Below are positions 27,241 through 37,278 of a DNA stretch of 64,000 bases, in pieces (position 1 is the first letter of the stretch; every line of letters starts with the position of its first letter). Source of the DNA: Candidatus Latescibacterota bacterium (GTDB lineage Bacteria; Latescibacterota; UBA2968; GCA-2709665); the NCBI GenBank assembly GCA_963667175.2, contig CAXXXF010000014.1, positions 32,001-96,000 of the forward strand, in the 5' to 3' direction. The position numbers and the translations under genes were made by a program. The notes beneath the pieces were generated by a model. The model saw nothing but the letters and a program-made list of their open reading frames with translations, made no database searches and was not told the origin of the DNA.

Positions 27241-29283
27241 TTACGGGTCGGAAGTAAGGAGCGCCGGGCTAGAAACACCCCTCGCGCATCCCAGGAGGGG
27301 TTCGAACGGACCCGTCTGAACCGTACCTTCGGAAAGTCGGTAAAGACGCGACGGGGCATCCCCGGAGATCCCGGGAAACGTCAGGCCGCCGAGATCCGGA
27401 AGTTCGCCGCCTTCGGCGCTAATCAGGGCGTGGATGCCGTCTCCACCGGTCAACGTCCGAACCGTGGCGCCCGGCAGTTCGACGGCTCCAGCATCCTTGC
27501 GCGAAACCCGCTCGCGATAGAGCGCTGAATTCAGGCAGCGCAGTACGTGAAAGACCGGGCGGGGGTTGCAGGACGTGTCCAGGAGCCCGTGAGCCGCGTC
27601 CAGGGTCCGGTCCAGGTCGACAAAGGGATCGAAGTAGACGCGGGTCCCGGGCAACAGGGCGGCGCAAAAGAGCGACTCGGCCGCGGCGTTTGCATTCCGC
27701 GCGTCGTCGCGGGAGGCGAGGGAGACCACAAGGTCCACCGCTTTGACGTGGCTCAGGGCGCCGGGGCCAGGGAGTTCCAGGCCGGTCTTCCACGGTTCGT
27801 TCCCGTCCAGACGGCACACGGCCCGGTCGACGGAGGCGTCGTGTTCGGCCAGGAGCTTGTCCAGGTCGGACAGTTCGGCGGGAAGGTATCCAATCCGGGT
27901 GCGAGGGTGCTGTTTGCCCGGACGGACCTCACCCGGAAGGATAGGCGCCAGAGAGATATGGATGGAATCGTCCTTCCCCATCGCCGCGAGGGCCCCCATG
28001 AGGTCGCCGGAAGGCAGCAGGTCGCCAGGCATCTGGACTTCCCACGCATCGACGGCATCCGCGTGCCGCCGGACGTAACGCAACAGGTCCGCCGCGGAAG
28101 GCGCGGGCAACGTTGCGGTGATCCGCGGACCCTCGTCGCGGAGGACTTCGAGTCTCTCCCTCTGACTGGAATCTTCGAGGTCCGAGGCGGGAAAGCGCAC
28201 GGCGGACGCGCCGAGTTCCACCGCGGCCAGCAGCGGATAGTCGTTCCTGACCCGCTGCCGGACGACGCTCGGAAACGCGATCGGGATATCGGCCCGGTTC
28301 ACGAGAGGATGCAAGAGCGTCAACCCCAGGGGAGAGGCGGGCAACCCGGCCGAAATCCGGGTAAGCAGTCGCTTCGGCCCGTCCGCTGCAGCGTCTTCCA
28401 GGGCGACCGCGCCACCGGTCCGAATGAAGTGCGCGTCTGTACGATCCCGAAAAACGCGGAACAGATGGAAGCCGAGTTTCGGCGCGTCGTCCCTCCCCTG
28501 CTCGGGTGGCGCAGGGCCGGTGAACAGGTGGCTGAAACCTGGGCGCACGAATGAGGTCGAGGGCACGTTGTGGACGCGGGTCGGCCCGATTCGATTCAGG
28601 AACGCAAAATGGACGTGCGCGGCGCAGACCGTGTCGATTCCGTATCTCCCGGTCAGGTCGAGCAACCATTGGCGCGCGGGCTGGCCGATATTGTCGTAGT
28701 TGCCCAGGTGCGGCTCGTCTGGCCGCTCCAGGAAAGGCGGCAGGTGGAGAAAGAGAAAGACGCGGTCCTGCCCATGGGCCTCCAGGTCGCGTTCCAGCCA
28801 GTCGCGCTGGGATACGGATTCAGGCAGTCCGGTGTTGAGAATCTGGGAGTTGATCACGACGAAGTGACAGCCTCGATGGTCGAAGCTGTACCAGGAATCC
28901 CCGAACAGCGCGTGATGCCGCTTGAGGGACCCGGACGTGACGGCCCGGGTGGGCATGGTTGGATCGGGCTTGTCGCCCACGTCGTGGTTGCCGGCAACGT
29001 GGAAGACCTTCACGCCCAGGCGCGTCAGTTGCGCCTGGGCCTCTTCCAATGCCTCCGCATGGCGCCTGGTTTCAGGGTATTCCTGGACCAGGTCCCCCAT
29101 GTGCACAAGGAAGTCCGCGCCCAGAGACGCAGCCTGCCCGAGCGCCGCGTCCGCTCTCGCCGTCTGCTTCCTCCGGGAGTCGAACTCCAGCGTCCGGCCC
29201 CCCGGGTCGAGCATGTAGTGGGTATCCGCCAGAACCACGAATTCGAATTCGGCCGGCGACGTCAGGGATCGATCGAACGTCAT
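27241..29283 (-). CDS. Calcineurin-like metallophosphoesterase with a long C-terminal extension
   Basis: DTHY, GDLV, GNHD, HLPP and AHVH motifs in the first ~250 aa. Confidence 0.8.
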   Translation of the reverse strand: MTFDRSLTSPAEFEFVVLADTHYMLDPGGRTLEFDSRRKQTARADAALGQAASLGADFLVHMGDLVQEYPETRRHAEALEEAQAQLTRLGVKVFHVAGNHDVGDKPDPTMPTRAVTSGSLKRHHALFGDSWYSFDHRGCHFVVINSQILNTGLPESVSQRDWLERDLEAHGQDRVFLFLHLPPFLERPDEPHLGNYDNIGQPARQWLLDLTGRYGIDTVCAAHVHFAFLNRIGPTRVHNVPSTSFVRPGFSHLFTGPAPPEQGRDDAPKLGFHLFRVFRDRTDAHFIRTGGAVALEDAAADGPKRLLTRISAGLPASPLGLTLLHPLVNRADIPIAFPSVVRQRVRNDYPLLAAVELGASAVRFPASDLEDSSQRERLEVLRDEGPRITATLPAPSAADLLRYVRRHADAVDAWEVQMPGDLLPSGDLMGALAAMGKDDSIHISLAPILPGEVRPGKQHPRTRIGYLPAELSDLDKLLAEHDASVDRAVCRLDGNEPWKTGLELPGPGALSHVKAVDLVVSLASRDDARNANAAAESLFCAALLPGTRVYFDPFVDLDRTLDAAHGLLDTSCNPRPVFHVLRCLNSALYRERVSRKDAGAVELPGATVRTLTGGDGIHALISAEGGELPDLGGLTFPGISGDAPSRLYRLSEGTVQTGPFEPLLGCARGVSSPALLTSDP

Positions 29284-31178
29284 ACACCGCCCTTCGCATC
29301 CGTGGTTTCAAGCGTTTCCCACGCCGCGATGCATTCCTCGATCCTGGCCTGGACGCGCCGGCGTTCCTCGGAGACCGACTGGAGGTGCTCCCAATCCGAC
29401 GCCCGGTCGTCCAGCACAAGCTGCCCGTTCAGGCGTTCGAGTTCCGCCTCGAGAACCTGGATCTCCTTCTCGATGGCCTCCAGACGCCGCTGACGCCCCT
29501 CCTGCGCCCTGCGGTCGGCCCGTTTCCGTTCGTAAAGGTCCTTTTGGGATGAATTCCCGCGTGAGCGCGGCTTTTGCGAATCCTTACGCGTCCTCCGCCG
29601 GCGCTGCCAGGCGTCGTAGTTGCCCTCGACAATCTCCCACGTCCCGTTCCCGAGCACGAGCAGTCTGTCCACCAGCAGGTTCAGAAAGTAGCGATCGTGC
29701 GAAACGGCGATGAGGGTTCCGTCGTAGGTCATCAGGGCGGCCTCAAGCACATCCCTGGATGGAATATCCAGGTGATTGGTGGGTTCGTCCAGAACCAGGA
29801 GGTTGGTTTCGGACCTCATCAGTCTGGCCAGAGCCACCCTGCTTTTCTCTCCGCCGCTGAGGTTGCTGATCTTGCGCTCGACGTCGTCGCCCGAGAAGAG
29901 AAATGCGCCCAGCACACTGCGGATTTCTCCCACCGGCGCGTCAGGCGTGACCGCCCAGATTTCCTCCTGCAGCGTGTGTCCGGGGATGAGTTCATCCCGA
30001 TGCTGGTCGTAGTAACCCACCCGAATGTTCGAGCCGGTTTTGACGGTCCCGCTATCGGTCGCGACGCGTCCCGCGAGCACCTTCAGCAGGGTTGACTTGC
30101 CCGACCCATTCGGTCCGATAATCCCCAGCCGGTCGCCGCGGCGGACGAGCAGATCCAGGTCCCGGAACAGGACCTTGTCGCCGTAGGCCTTCGATGCCCG
30201 CTCGAGTTCCGCAACCCGGTTGCCGCCTCTCTCGGCGGCAGTGAAGCTCAGGCGGAACGCCTTCTCCCCCCCGGGGCGCTCGTGTCTGTCCAGTTTTTCC
30301 AGGGCTTTTCTGCGGCTCTGCGCCTGTTTCGTCTTTTGACCCGCGATGTTCCGTCTGATAAAGTCTTCGGTCTTCTGGATGGTTTCCCGCTGCCGCTCGT
30401 AGGTCTTCCGACGCCGCGCCAGACGCTCCTCCCTTTCGGCGGCATAGAAAGTGTAATTGCCAGCGTACCCGGCCAGGACGCCGTTTTCAAGTTCCACGAT
30501 CCGATCGATGGTGCGGTCCAGAAAATACCGGTCATGGGAGACGACCACGAAGGCGCCTTCGAAGGCGGGCAGGAATCCTTCCAGCCACTCGATGGCCACC
30601 AGGTCCAGGTGATTGGTGGGTTCGTCGAGCAGAAGCAGATCGGGTTCGCGAACAAGCAGGCGGGCAAGCGCCAGGCGGTTTTTCTGGCCCCCGCTCAACA
30701 GGTTTACAGGGGTTTCGAAATCCTTCCGACCGAAACCCAACCCGTGCAGGATGGCCTTTGCTCGGCCTTCAATCTCATAGCCGCCCCGGTCTTCGTAGGC
30801 GTGTTGCAGGCGCCCGTATTCTTCCAGCATCGCTGTCTGATTCGCGCCTTCAGTCAGCCGTTCTTCCAGAACGGCCATCCGGCGGTGCATGTCCAGCAGG
30901 TCTGAAAACGCGTCCAGTACCGTGTCCAGCACGACCGATCCGTCGTTCAGCTGCGGGTCCTGCGCCAGATATCCGACGTTCAGATTCCGTTTCGTGTATA
31001 TCCGCCCGCTGTCCGGTTGCAGGCGGCCGGTGATGAGGTGGAAGAGCGTCGTCTTCCCGCATCCGTTGCGCCCGACCAGGCCAAAGCGGCCGCCCGCTTC
31101 GATTTTCCACGTGAGCCCGGTCAGCACAGGATTGGCCCCGTAGGACTTGTGGACGTTTTCGAGTTGAACCAGCGGCAT
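29280..31178 (-). CDS. ABC-F family ATPase
   Basis: Two ABC domains (GRNGCGKT/LSGGQ and GPNGSGKS/LSGGE), DEPTNHLD twice, no TM segments, coiled-coil tail. Confidence 0.93.
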   Translation of the reverse strand: MPLVQLENVHKSYGANPVLTGLTWKIEAGGRFGLVGRNGCGKTTLFHLITGRLQPDSGRIYTKRNLNVGYLAQDPQLNDGSVVLDTVLDAFSDLLDMHRRMAVLEERLTEGANQTAMLEEYGRLQHAYEDRGGYEIEGRAKAILHGLGFGRKDFETPVNLLSGGQKNRLALARLLVREPDLLLLDEPTNHLDLVAIEWLEGFLPAFEGAFVVVSHDRYFLDRTIDRIVELENGVLAGYAGNYTFYAAEREERLARRRKTYERQRETIQKTEDFIRRNIAGQKTKQAQSRRKALEKLDRHERPGGEKAFRLSFTAAERGGNRVAELERASKAYGDKVLFRDLDLLVRRGDRLGIIGPNGSGKSTLLKVLAGRVATDSGTVKTGSNIRVGYYDQHRDELIPGHTLQEEIWAVTPDAPVGEIRSVLGAFLFSGDDVERKISNLSGGEKSRVALARLMRSETNLLVLDEPTNHLDIPSRDVLEAALMTYDGTLIAVSHDRYFLNLLVDRLLVLGNGTWEIVEGNYDAWQRRRRTRKDSQKPRSRGNSSQKDLYERKRADRRAQEGRQRRLEAIEKEIQVLEAELERLNGQLVLDDRASDWEHLQSVSEERRRVQARIEECIAAWETLETTDAKGGV

Positions 31179-31361
31179 TTACGTATTTCTCCACAGGCCG
31201 GCCGTTCCCGACGGGACGAAGGCGCCGCCGCTCGGGTACGATGGATACGCGATTCGACCGCAATACGTACGGACGCGGAAACTGCTGAAGCGTGGCGGAG
31301 ATTCCGGAACGAGGCGAGCGGGACAGGGCACGAAACGTGACGTGAGGGCGAGGAATGACGT

Positions 31362-32177
31362 TCAGGCGACTTCGGGCTTCTGTTCGATGATTTCCACCTG
31401 GTCTTCGGGACTGTAGAAGTATGCGCCGGGGCGCCAGTCACTGCCCAGGTCCCCCAGCAGACGGCGTTGCCGAGGCGTACACTTCGACAGAACTTCAGGT
31501 GAGTGGCCGTTAAAGTCAAACGTCCGGAAACACTGCTGGCTGTAGCAGTAGATGAGGGTCTTCCGGGACCGTCCGGAAAGGTTGGGGGAAACGCCGTGCC
31601 AGAGCGCGTGAGAAAAGACCGCCGCGTCTCCGGCGTCAGCGCATAGCTGCACCGCGCCGGGAGTCCGGGCCGTAATGGGCGCTTCTCCCTCCGGGTAGGG
31701 TCTCAGGTGGCTGCCGGGGAAAATGGTAAAGTTGCCGCGGTCGGGCTTTCTGACGTCCGTGAGAAAATACTGAATCTTGATCTGAAGCGGCCAGCTTGTC
31801 TCGGTAACCCGGATGTGGCGGAGGGCCTGGCCGCCGTCGGTGTGGATAAAGCCCTTGTAGCCCGGGTTTGGCGGTCGCACAACGGCCTCGGCCATGCTCA
31901 ACTGGATGTACGGACCCATCAGTTCCAGAAAAGTGTCAAACGCGCCGGGATGGTCCATGAGATGGATAAACGCGTCGCTGTCCGGGAGTATATTTCTCCG
32001 GTCCAGGCCGGACTTCGGGTCCGCGCCGGCCTTGTTGAGGACAAATTTCCGATGCAGCCGATCCACTTCCCGCCGGAGGCTTCCGGTTTCCTCTGGCGAG
32101 AGGACGCCCTTGAGCAGGATGTACCCGTCGATCGCCCACTGCTGTCTCTGTTCTCGGGTCAGTTTTCGACGTTCCAT
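31362..32177 (-). CDS. Phytanoyl-CoA dioxygenase (PhyH) family Fe/2OG enzyme
   Basis: DGYILLKGVLS, HTD, PGSHL and AGDAAVFSHALWHG motifs. Confidence 0.85.
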   Translation of the reverse strand: MERRKLTREQRQQWAIDGYILLKGVLSPEETGSLRREVDRLHRKFVLNKAGADPKSGLDRRNILPDSDAFIHLMDHPGAFDTFLELMGPYIQLSMAEAVVRPPNPGYKGFIHTDGGQALRHIRVTETSWPLQIKIQYFLTDVRKPDRGNFTIFPGSHLRPYPEGEAPITARTPGAVQLCADAGDAAVFSHALWHGVSPNLSGRSRKTLIYCYSQQCFRTFDFNGHSPEVLSKCTPRQRRLLGDLGSDWRPGAYFYSPEDQVEIIEQKPEVA

Positions 32178-32251
32178 GGCGGCGCCTCCCGGGTTCGATT
32201 CGGCGTTCTGCTTCGCCCGCCGTATTCCGGCGCTGGCTCGCAGCCCTTCAA

Positions 32252-33076
32252 TTACGCGATCGGCAATGCTGCCCGCTCCCGTTCCAGGTCGGCGCGAAGC
32301 CCTTCGGCGGCTTGCCGGGCAGCGTCTGCAAAATCACGGCCGGACGAGGCGTAGAGCACGCTCCTGGATGCATTGACAAGCAACCCGCCTCCGTTTGCGT
32401 CGGCGCCGAACCGGATCACCGCGCCGGCATCGCCCATCTGGGCGCCAACACCGGGGACCAGGATGGGAAGCTCGGGCGCGATACGACGGACCGTCGCGAG
32501 TTCCCCCGGGTGAGTCGCCCCGACCACCAGCCCGCACGGCCCCGTAGCGGACCATTCAACCGCTTTCCTCGCGACGTGTTGGTAGAGAGGACCGTCCGGC
32601 GTGGAAAGACGCTGGAAGTCCGTCGACCCGGGGTTGGAGGTCAGACAGAGCAGAAACGCGCATCGGTCGTCGTAGTCGAGGAATGGGCCCATGGCGTCGA
32701 AGCCCATAAGCGGGTTTGTCGTGACCGCGTCGACGCCGAGCACGTCGTAGGCCATTTGCGCGTACCGGGCGGAGGAGTTGCCGATATCTCCGGCCTTGAA
32801 GTCAAGCAGAACGGGCATCGTATCGGGAATGGCGCCGATAACGTCCCCGAGGCTCTGCCAGCCTGCCGGACCCATCGCGCCGAAGAAGGCGAAGTTGGGT
32901 TTGTAGGCGCAGACAAGGTCCTCTGTGGCGGCGACGATTTCCCTGAGAAAGGCACTGACCGGATTCGCGGCGCCTTTGAGGTGGGCCGGCAGACGTTCAG
33001 GATCGGGATCCAGGCCCACGCACACCCGGCTGTTCCGGGTGTCGACGGCCTGATGGAATTTCTGAAGAAAGCTCAA
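32252..33076 (-). CDS. pyrF: Orotidine-5'-phosphate decarboxylase
   Basis: CVGLDP, YKPNFAFF, LDFKAGDIGNS, LTSNPGS, VVGAT, PGVGAQ and NASR motifs. Probable TTG start with GGAG RBS. Confidence 0.93.
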   Translation of the reverse strand: MSFLQKFHQAVDTRNSRVCVGLDPDPERLPAHLKGAANPVSAFLREIVAATEDLVCAYKPNFAFFGAMGPAGWQSLGDVIGAIPDTMPVLLDFKAGDIGNSSARYAQMAYDVLGVDAVTTNPLMGFDAMGPFLDYDDRCAFLLCLTSNPGSTDFQRLSTPDGPLYQHVARKAVEWSATGPCGLVVGATHPGELATVRRIAPELPILVPGVGAQMGDAGAVIRFGADANGGGLLVNASRSVLYASSGRDFADAARQAAEGLRADLERERAALPIA

Positions 33077-33104
33077 TCCCAACTCCACGACGGGGTGGAT
33101 ATTC

Positions 33105-33484
33105 AGGCAAGCGGGCCTGTAAGCCGAGTTCTGTCGTCCGGCGCGGCGCGCCGGACGGATGGCCATTTATCTGGGACGCCGGTTGCCCGGCGCCTCTGCG
33201 CAGCCTACCCGAGCGTTGTAACGAGACGGGCCGCCTCTCCGCTCCTATTTGGCCTTGCTCCGGATGGGGTTTACCATGCCGCTCCCGTCTCCGGGAGCGC
33301 GGTGGGCTCTTACCCCGCCGTTTCACCCTTGCCCGCAACGAAACCGTGGTCTCGCCCGCTGGCGGTCTGTTCTCTGTGGCACTTTCCTTCGAGTTGCCCC
33401 GACTGGGAGTTACCCAGCATCCTGCCCTCTGGAGCTCGGACTTTCCTCACCCTAAATGGGCGCGGCCATCCGGCCCGCTTGCCC
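33105..33484 (-). ncRNA. rnpB: RNase P RNA (type A)
   Basis: Minus strand has GAGGAAAGTCCGAGCTCC, GAAAGTGCCACAGAGAACAGACCG, GGGTGAAACGGCGGGGTAAGAGCCCACCG and ACAGAACTCGGCTTAC. Ends are complementary (P1). Confidence 0.95.
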
Positions 33485-33514
33485 GAATTGTGGACTCGTG
33501 AACCGCCCGCCGGC

Positions 33515-33937
33515 TCACGAATTGCTCTTCAATGCCTCCGATATTCCCTTATTGGCCAGGCGGTCGGCGTGCTGGTTTTCCGAACGTGAAACGTGACGGA
33601 TCGTAAATCCGTCCATCGAACCGGCAATATCAACGACGAATTCGTACAACGGCAACAGCTTCGAGTTCTTGACTTTATATTCTCCGTTCAACTGTCTGAC
33701 CATCAATTCGCTGTCCGATACGGCGTTGACACGCGTCACGCGCAGCCTTCGGACGATTTCCAGCCCGTAAATGAGCGCCTTGTACTCCGCGACGTTGTTG
33801 GTGGCTTCGCCAATGAATTCCGAATGTTCCGAAAGAACCACGCCCTTGAGTTCGACCCGGACCCCAATGCCCGCGGGACCGGGATTCCCCTTCGCCGCGC
33901 CGTCCACGTAGAGTGTTAGTGTCTCGTTGTCCGCCAT
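33515..33937 (-). CDS. rnhA: Ribonuclease HI family protein
   Basis: YVDGAAKGNPGPAGIG, TNNVAEY, SDSELMVRQ and RSENQHADRLAN motifs. Confidence 0.92.
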   Translation of the reverse strand: MADNETLTLYVDGAAKGNPGPAGIGVRVELKGVVLSEHSEFIGEATNNVAEYKALIYGLEIVRRLRVTRVNAVSDSELMVRQLNGEYKVKNSKLLPLYEFVVDIAGSMDGFTIRHVSRSENQHADRLANKGISEALKSNS

Positions 33938-33938
33938 G

Positions 33939-34652
33939 TCAACCTTCTTCTCTCCACACCAGCATCCGGCCGCAGTTCTCGCAACGGATGATCCTGTCCT
34001 GGCGTCTGACTTCCACGTGAAGCTGTGGCGGCAGTTGTCTGAAGCAACCGCCGCAGGAACCTTTGCCGATCGGCACCACGGCAACGCCGTCCCTCACAAC
34101 GCTGCGGATCCGGTTGTAATTGGACAGCACCGGTTTGTCCACCGATTCTTCGGCAACCGATCGTTTTTTCCGCCATCCGCTGGCCTCGCCATCCACCAGG
34201 TCCAGGCGACCCTGGAGGTCCTTTATCTGGCCGAGATAATCGGCTTCAAGCGACTTGTATGCGCTCTCTTCTTCCTCGAGCATTGTCTTCAGGTCGTCGT
34301 GTTGTTCGATGCTCTCGAGGATCATGGTCTCACTCTCGTCAGCGCGGTTCCCCAGCACTTCGATCTCAATCTGGAGCGCATCGTATTCCCGGTTTGTCTT
34401 CACTTCCATCAGTCGATCCTGGTGTTTCTTCAGATCAGCCTGTATGGTCTCCAGCTCGCCCTCCAGATGACGGCGGTTTTTTTCCAGGTCGGCAGCCTGC
34501 TGCTTCTTGTCGTCCACCGCCTGTTTCGCGGTTTCCAGCTTTTCGCGAAGTTCCGCGATCGCTTCAGGGAAATCCGACTGCACCTTTTTGAGTTTGTCCA
34601 ATTCGCTATCGATGTGCTGCAGATTCAAAAGTTTAAGCAGGCTTTCTTTCAT
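33939..34652 (-). CDS. Coiled-coil protein with C4-type zinc ribbon (CT398-like)
   Basis: LQHIDSEL, long coiled coil, KTNREYDAL, CGGCF...CENCGRML. Confidence 0.9.
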   Translation of the reverse strand: MKESLLKLLNLQHIDSELDKLKKVQSDFPEAIAELREKLETAKQAVDDKKQQAADLEKNRRHLEGELETIQADLKKHQDRLMEVKTNREYDALQIEIEVLGNRADESETMILESIEQHDDLKTMLEEEESAYKSLEADYLGQIKDLQGRLDLVDGEASGWRKKRSVAEESVDKPVLSNYNRIRSVVRDGVAVVPIGKGSCGGCFRQLPPQLHVEVRRQDRIIRCENCGRMLVWREEG

Positions 34653-34663
34653 ACGCGGTCTCC

Positions 34664-34701
34664 AAAAAAACAGGGCGCATTCGTTTATTGAATGCACCCT
34701 G
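34664..34701 (-). terminator. Terminator-like hairpin downstream of tRNA-Val
   Basis: Minus strand CAGGGTGCATTC-N7-GAATGCGCCCTG followed by 7 T. Confidence 0.6.
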
Positions 34702-34763
34702 ACGATTGCCGGCCGTCCCGATCCACCCGTGGACAGACCCGGGCCACCTCGCTTTTCGGATCA

Positions 34764-34840
34764 TGGTGGGCGATACTGGACTCGAACCAGTGACCTCTGG
34801 TATGTGAAACCAGCGCTCTAACCAGCTGAGCTAATCGCCC
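34764..34840 (-). tRNA. tRNA-Val (CAC)
   Basis: GGGCGATTAGCTCAGCTGGTTAGAGCG, anticodon arm CTGGT-TTCACAT-ACCAG, GGTTCGAGTCC, ends in CCA. Confidence 0.95.
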
Positions 34841-34942
34841 ACCTGAAGACATCAGACGGTTCACTTGACGCTTGTTCCCTGTTGTCGGATCGCGTGAAAT
34901 CGTCGCTTCCATAGCGGAAAAGTGCCGAATTCAAGACCTTTG

Positions 34943-35055
34943 AATAAACAAAAACCAGCCGGAATTGTCAAGCGTATTCCAGTGAAGACAACCGCTTACC
35001 GATCCCCTGCGTTCGCGATGATTAACTTGACAGCGAAAAGGGATTTCTATAGATT
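34943..35055. promoter_or_regulatory. Divergent sigma-70 promoters of the two tRNAs
   Basis: Minus: TTGACA (34966-34971), 17 bp, TTTATT. Plus: TTGACA (35027-35032), 17 bp, TAGATT. Confidence 0.65.
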
Positions 35056-35073
35056 TCGACCTTCGATTCGGGT

Positions 35074-35148
35074 GACCCCGTCGTTCAGTGGTTAGGACAC
35101 CGGGTTTTCAACCCGGCAACGGGGGTTCGACTCCCCTCGGGGTCACCA
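35074..35148 (+). tRNA. tRNA-Glu (TTC)
   Basis: GACCCCGTCGTTCAGTGGTTAGGAC, anticodon arm CCGGG-TTTTCAA-CCCGG, GGTTCGACTCC, ends in CCA. Confidence 0.95.
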
Positions 35149-35409
35149 GTTTTTTCGCGCATTCCGTTTATTATTAAAACGTTGCGTTCTCCACCAGCCT
35201 GCCCTTACCCTCTTCCTGTCTCCTTACTTCATCACCAGCTGAAACCAATCTGAAGTCGCTTCCAAGCTGACTCGACGTACCCGTACCGGAACCACGACCT
35301 TCGGGCCCGCCCGAGTTCGTCCCCAGGGGATCCAGGTACTGCAGCGCTAAATAGACTTCCGTTTCACAGATACTGGCGGAATCGTTCGCCGACACCGGAG
35401 AGCTTCGGT

Positions 35410-37278
35410 ATGGTTGATTCCAGCGCCGATCGCCGTGGAACCACTCGCCTGGCGCGGATTCGGATCAGATTCGAGGGCCTTGGATATCTGATCAGGTTGC
35501 TCAGGGGTCACGCCCTCCTCGAGGCGACGCTGCTCATTCTGGTAAGCCTGATATCCGGAGTCGCTACGCCGGTCGTTGTGTGGGGGATGAAAGGTCTTGT
35601 CGACGTGGTGAGCGACAGTCCGACTGTCGGGTGGCCAGACGTCGTTCCGTGGCTTGCAGCCTTCTCTGGTGCTCTGCTCATCCGGAACGTCAACGCGGAA
35701 TACTCCAGATATCTCGCTTCCGCGATTTATCAGCGGGTCGGTGGCGAAATGCAACGTGACGTCGTCAGCAAGTCGGTCTCGGTACCGCTGAACGCCTTTG
35801 ACGGCCGTGCGTACTATGACAAGCTGGAAACGGGCAAGCGGTCGATTGGCCCGGATTTCGTCGACATCATGAATGAGTTCGGTTCATTGATATCGATTGC
35901 GGTCGGCGCCACGGGCTTGCTAGTGCTTTTTGTTGACGCCCACTGGGCGCTGGCCGTTGTACTGGTTATGACGATGATCGTCAACACCGTCATCGGCGCG
36001 AGGCACGTGGCTCAGTTCATTGACGTCAACTACAAGAGCTCACCTCAACGGCAGGAAATCGACTATTGGGGGGCGCTTCTCTCAAGCCGCCGCGCTGCCG
36101 CCGAAATCCGGGCGTATCAGTTGGGCGAATATTTGCTGGGGTACTGGCGGCGTGCCTTTGAACGCTACGTCGCTGTCATTAAAAGTGCCCGCTTTCGGCT
36201 GGCCTTCGTTCAACTGTTAAATTCATGCGCACACGACGTCATTATATGGACAAACAGCCTGGCACTCGTGATCTTGGCTGCGCGGGGAACCATAAGTGTG
36301 GGAACCATGGTGGCTTTGCTCTACGGTATCGTTCGCTTTCGCGAATTGGCACAGTCGGCTTCATTTGGTGTTTCTCAACTGACTCAGCACCTCATCCAAC
36401 TGCGACACCTGCGCGAGTTTCTCGAATTGGCCGACGAGAGTACGAAACCTGGAAACAAACTGCAGCCACCGCGTTCCGTGCAACACAGTATCCGATTTCA
36501 CGGTGTGAGTTTTGCCTACCCGGGTTCGGTCCGCCCTGCGATCACCGATCTCAATTTGACACTATCGCCAGGAGAACGGGTAGCACTCGTAGGTGAAAAC
36601 GGTGCGGGCAAGAGCACGGTCGCCCGATTGCTTCTCGGATTGTACCTGCCGACACGGGGCCGGATTACAGTTGACGGTGTCGATCTCTCCGAAATGGATT
36701 TGTGGGCATGGCGTCTGATGGCGACTGCCGTGTTTCAGGATTTCGTGCGCTATGAACTTACGGTTTATGAAAACATCGGATTCGGGCGGAGTTCGTTGTT
36801 GAACGAGGGAGACCGGGGCGGGGCCGTATCTTCCGAGATCGTTAACGCAGCGCAGAGCAGTGGCGCCATTGACTTTGTAAACGAACTGCCTTTGACGTTC
36901 CGGTCCGTATTGAGCAAGGACTTCGACGGCGGGGTCGAACTTTCAGCAGGCCAATGGCAACGATTGGCGATGGCCAGGGCCTTCGTTCGAAAAAACTGCG
37001 AAGTCGTCGTCCTGGACGAGCCCACGTCGGCGTTGGACCCCAAGGCTGAGGTGCAAGTGTATCGGGTTTTCGGATCCGCAGTCAGCGGGCGATGTACCGT
37101 CTTCATTTCGCACCGATTGGGATCGGCCCGCCTCGCCAGCCGAATCCTCGTCCTGAAGGAAGGTCGCCTTGTGGAGGAGGGGTCACACCGGGCACTGCTC
37201 GAGGCTAACGGCGAATACGCTCGGATGTACCGCCTCCAGGCGGGCTGGTACGCCTGGGAAGATGGAGTTGACGTTTGA
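35410..37278 (+). CDS. ABC exporter, fused permease/ATPase (MdlB-like)
   Basis: TM domain plus GENGAGKS, LSAGQWQRLAMAR, LDEPT and ISHR. Confidence 0.9.
   Translation: MVDSSADRRGTTRLARIRIRFEGLGYLIRLLRGHALLEATLLILVSLISGVATPVVVWGMKGLVDVVSDSPTVGWPDVVPWLAAFSGALLIRNVNAEYSRYLASAIYQRVGGEMQRDVVSKSVSVPLNAFDGRAYYDKLETGKRSIGPDFVDIMNEFGSLISIAVGATGLLVLFVDAHWALAVVLVMTMIVNTVIGARHVAQFIDVNYKSSPQRQEIDYWGALLSSRRAAAEIRAYQLGEYLLGYWRRAFERYVAVIKSARFRLAFVQLLNSCAHDVIIWTNSLALVILAARGTISVGTMVALLYGIVRFRELAQSASFGVSQLTQHLIQLRHLREFLELADESTKPGNKLQPPRSVQHSIRFHGVSFAYPGSVRPAITDLNLTLSPGERVALVGENGAGKSTVARLLLGLYLPTRGRITVDGVDLSEMDLWAWRLMATAVFQDFVRYELTVYENIGFGRSSLLNEGDRGGAVSSEIVNAAQSSGAIDFVNELPLTFRSVLSKDFDGGVELSAGQWQRLAMARAFVRKNCEVVVLDEPTSALDPKAEVQVYRVFGSAVSGRCTVFISHRLGSARLASRILVLKEGRLVEEGSHRALLEANGEYARMYRLQAGWYAWEDGVDV

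Noticed and set aside
32997-33589. ORFs overlapping 33105-33484 and the long N-terminal extension of pyrF
   Set aside because: The region is the RNase P RNA gene; pyrF more plausibly starts at TTG 33076.
34685-34912. 75-aa minus-strand ORF
   Set aside because: Overlaps tRNA-Val.
35174-35395. 73-aa Gly/Ser-rich ORF as a RiPP precursor for the ABC pair
   Set aside because: Opposite strand, no RBS or recognisable leader motif, and no modifying enzymes nearby.
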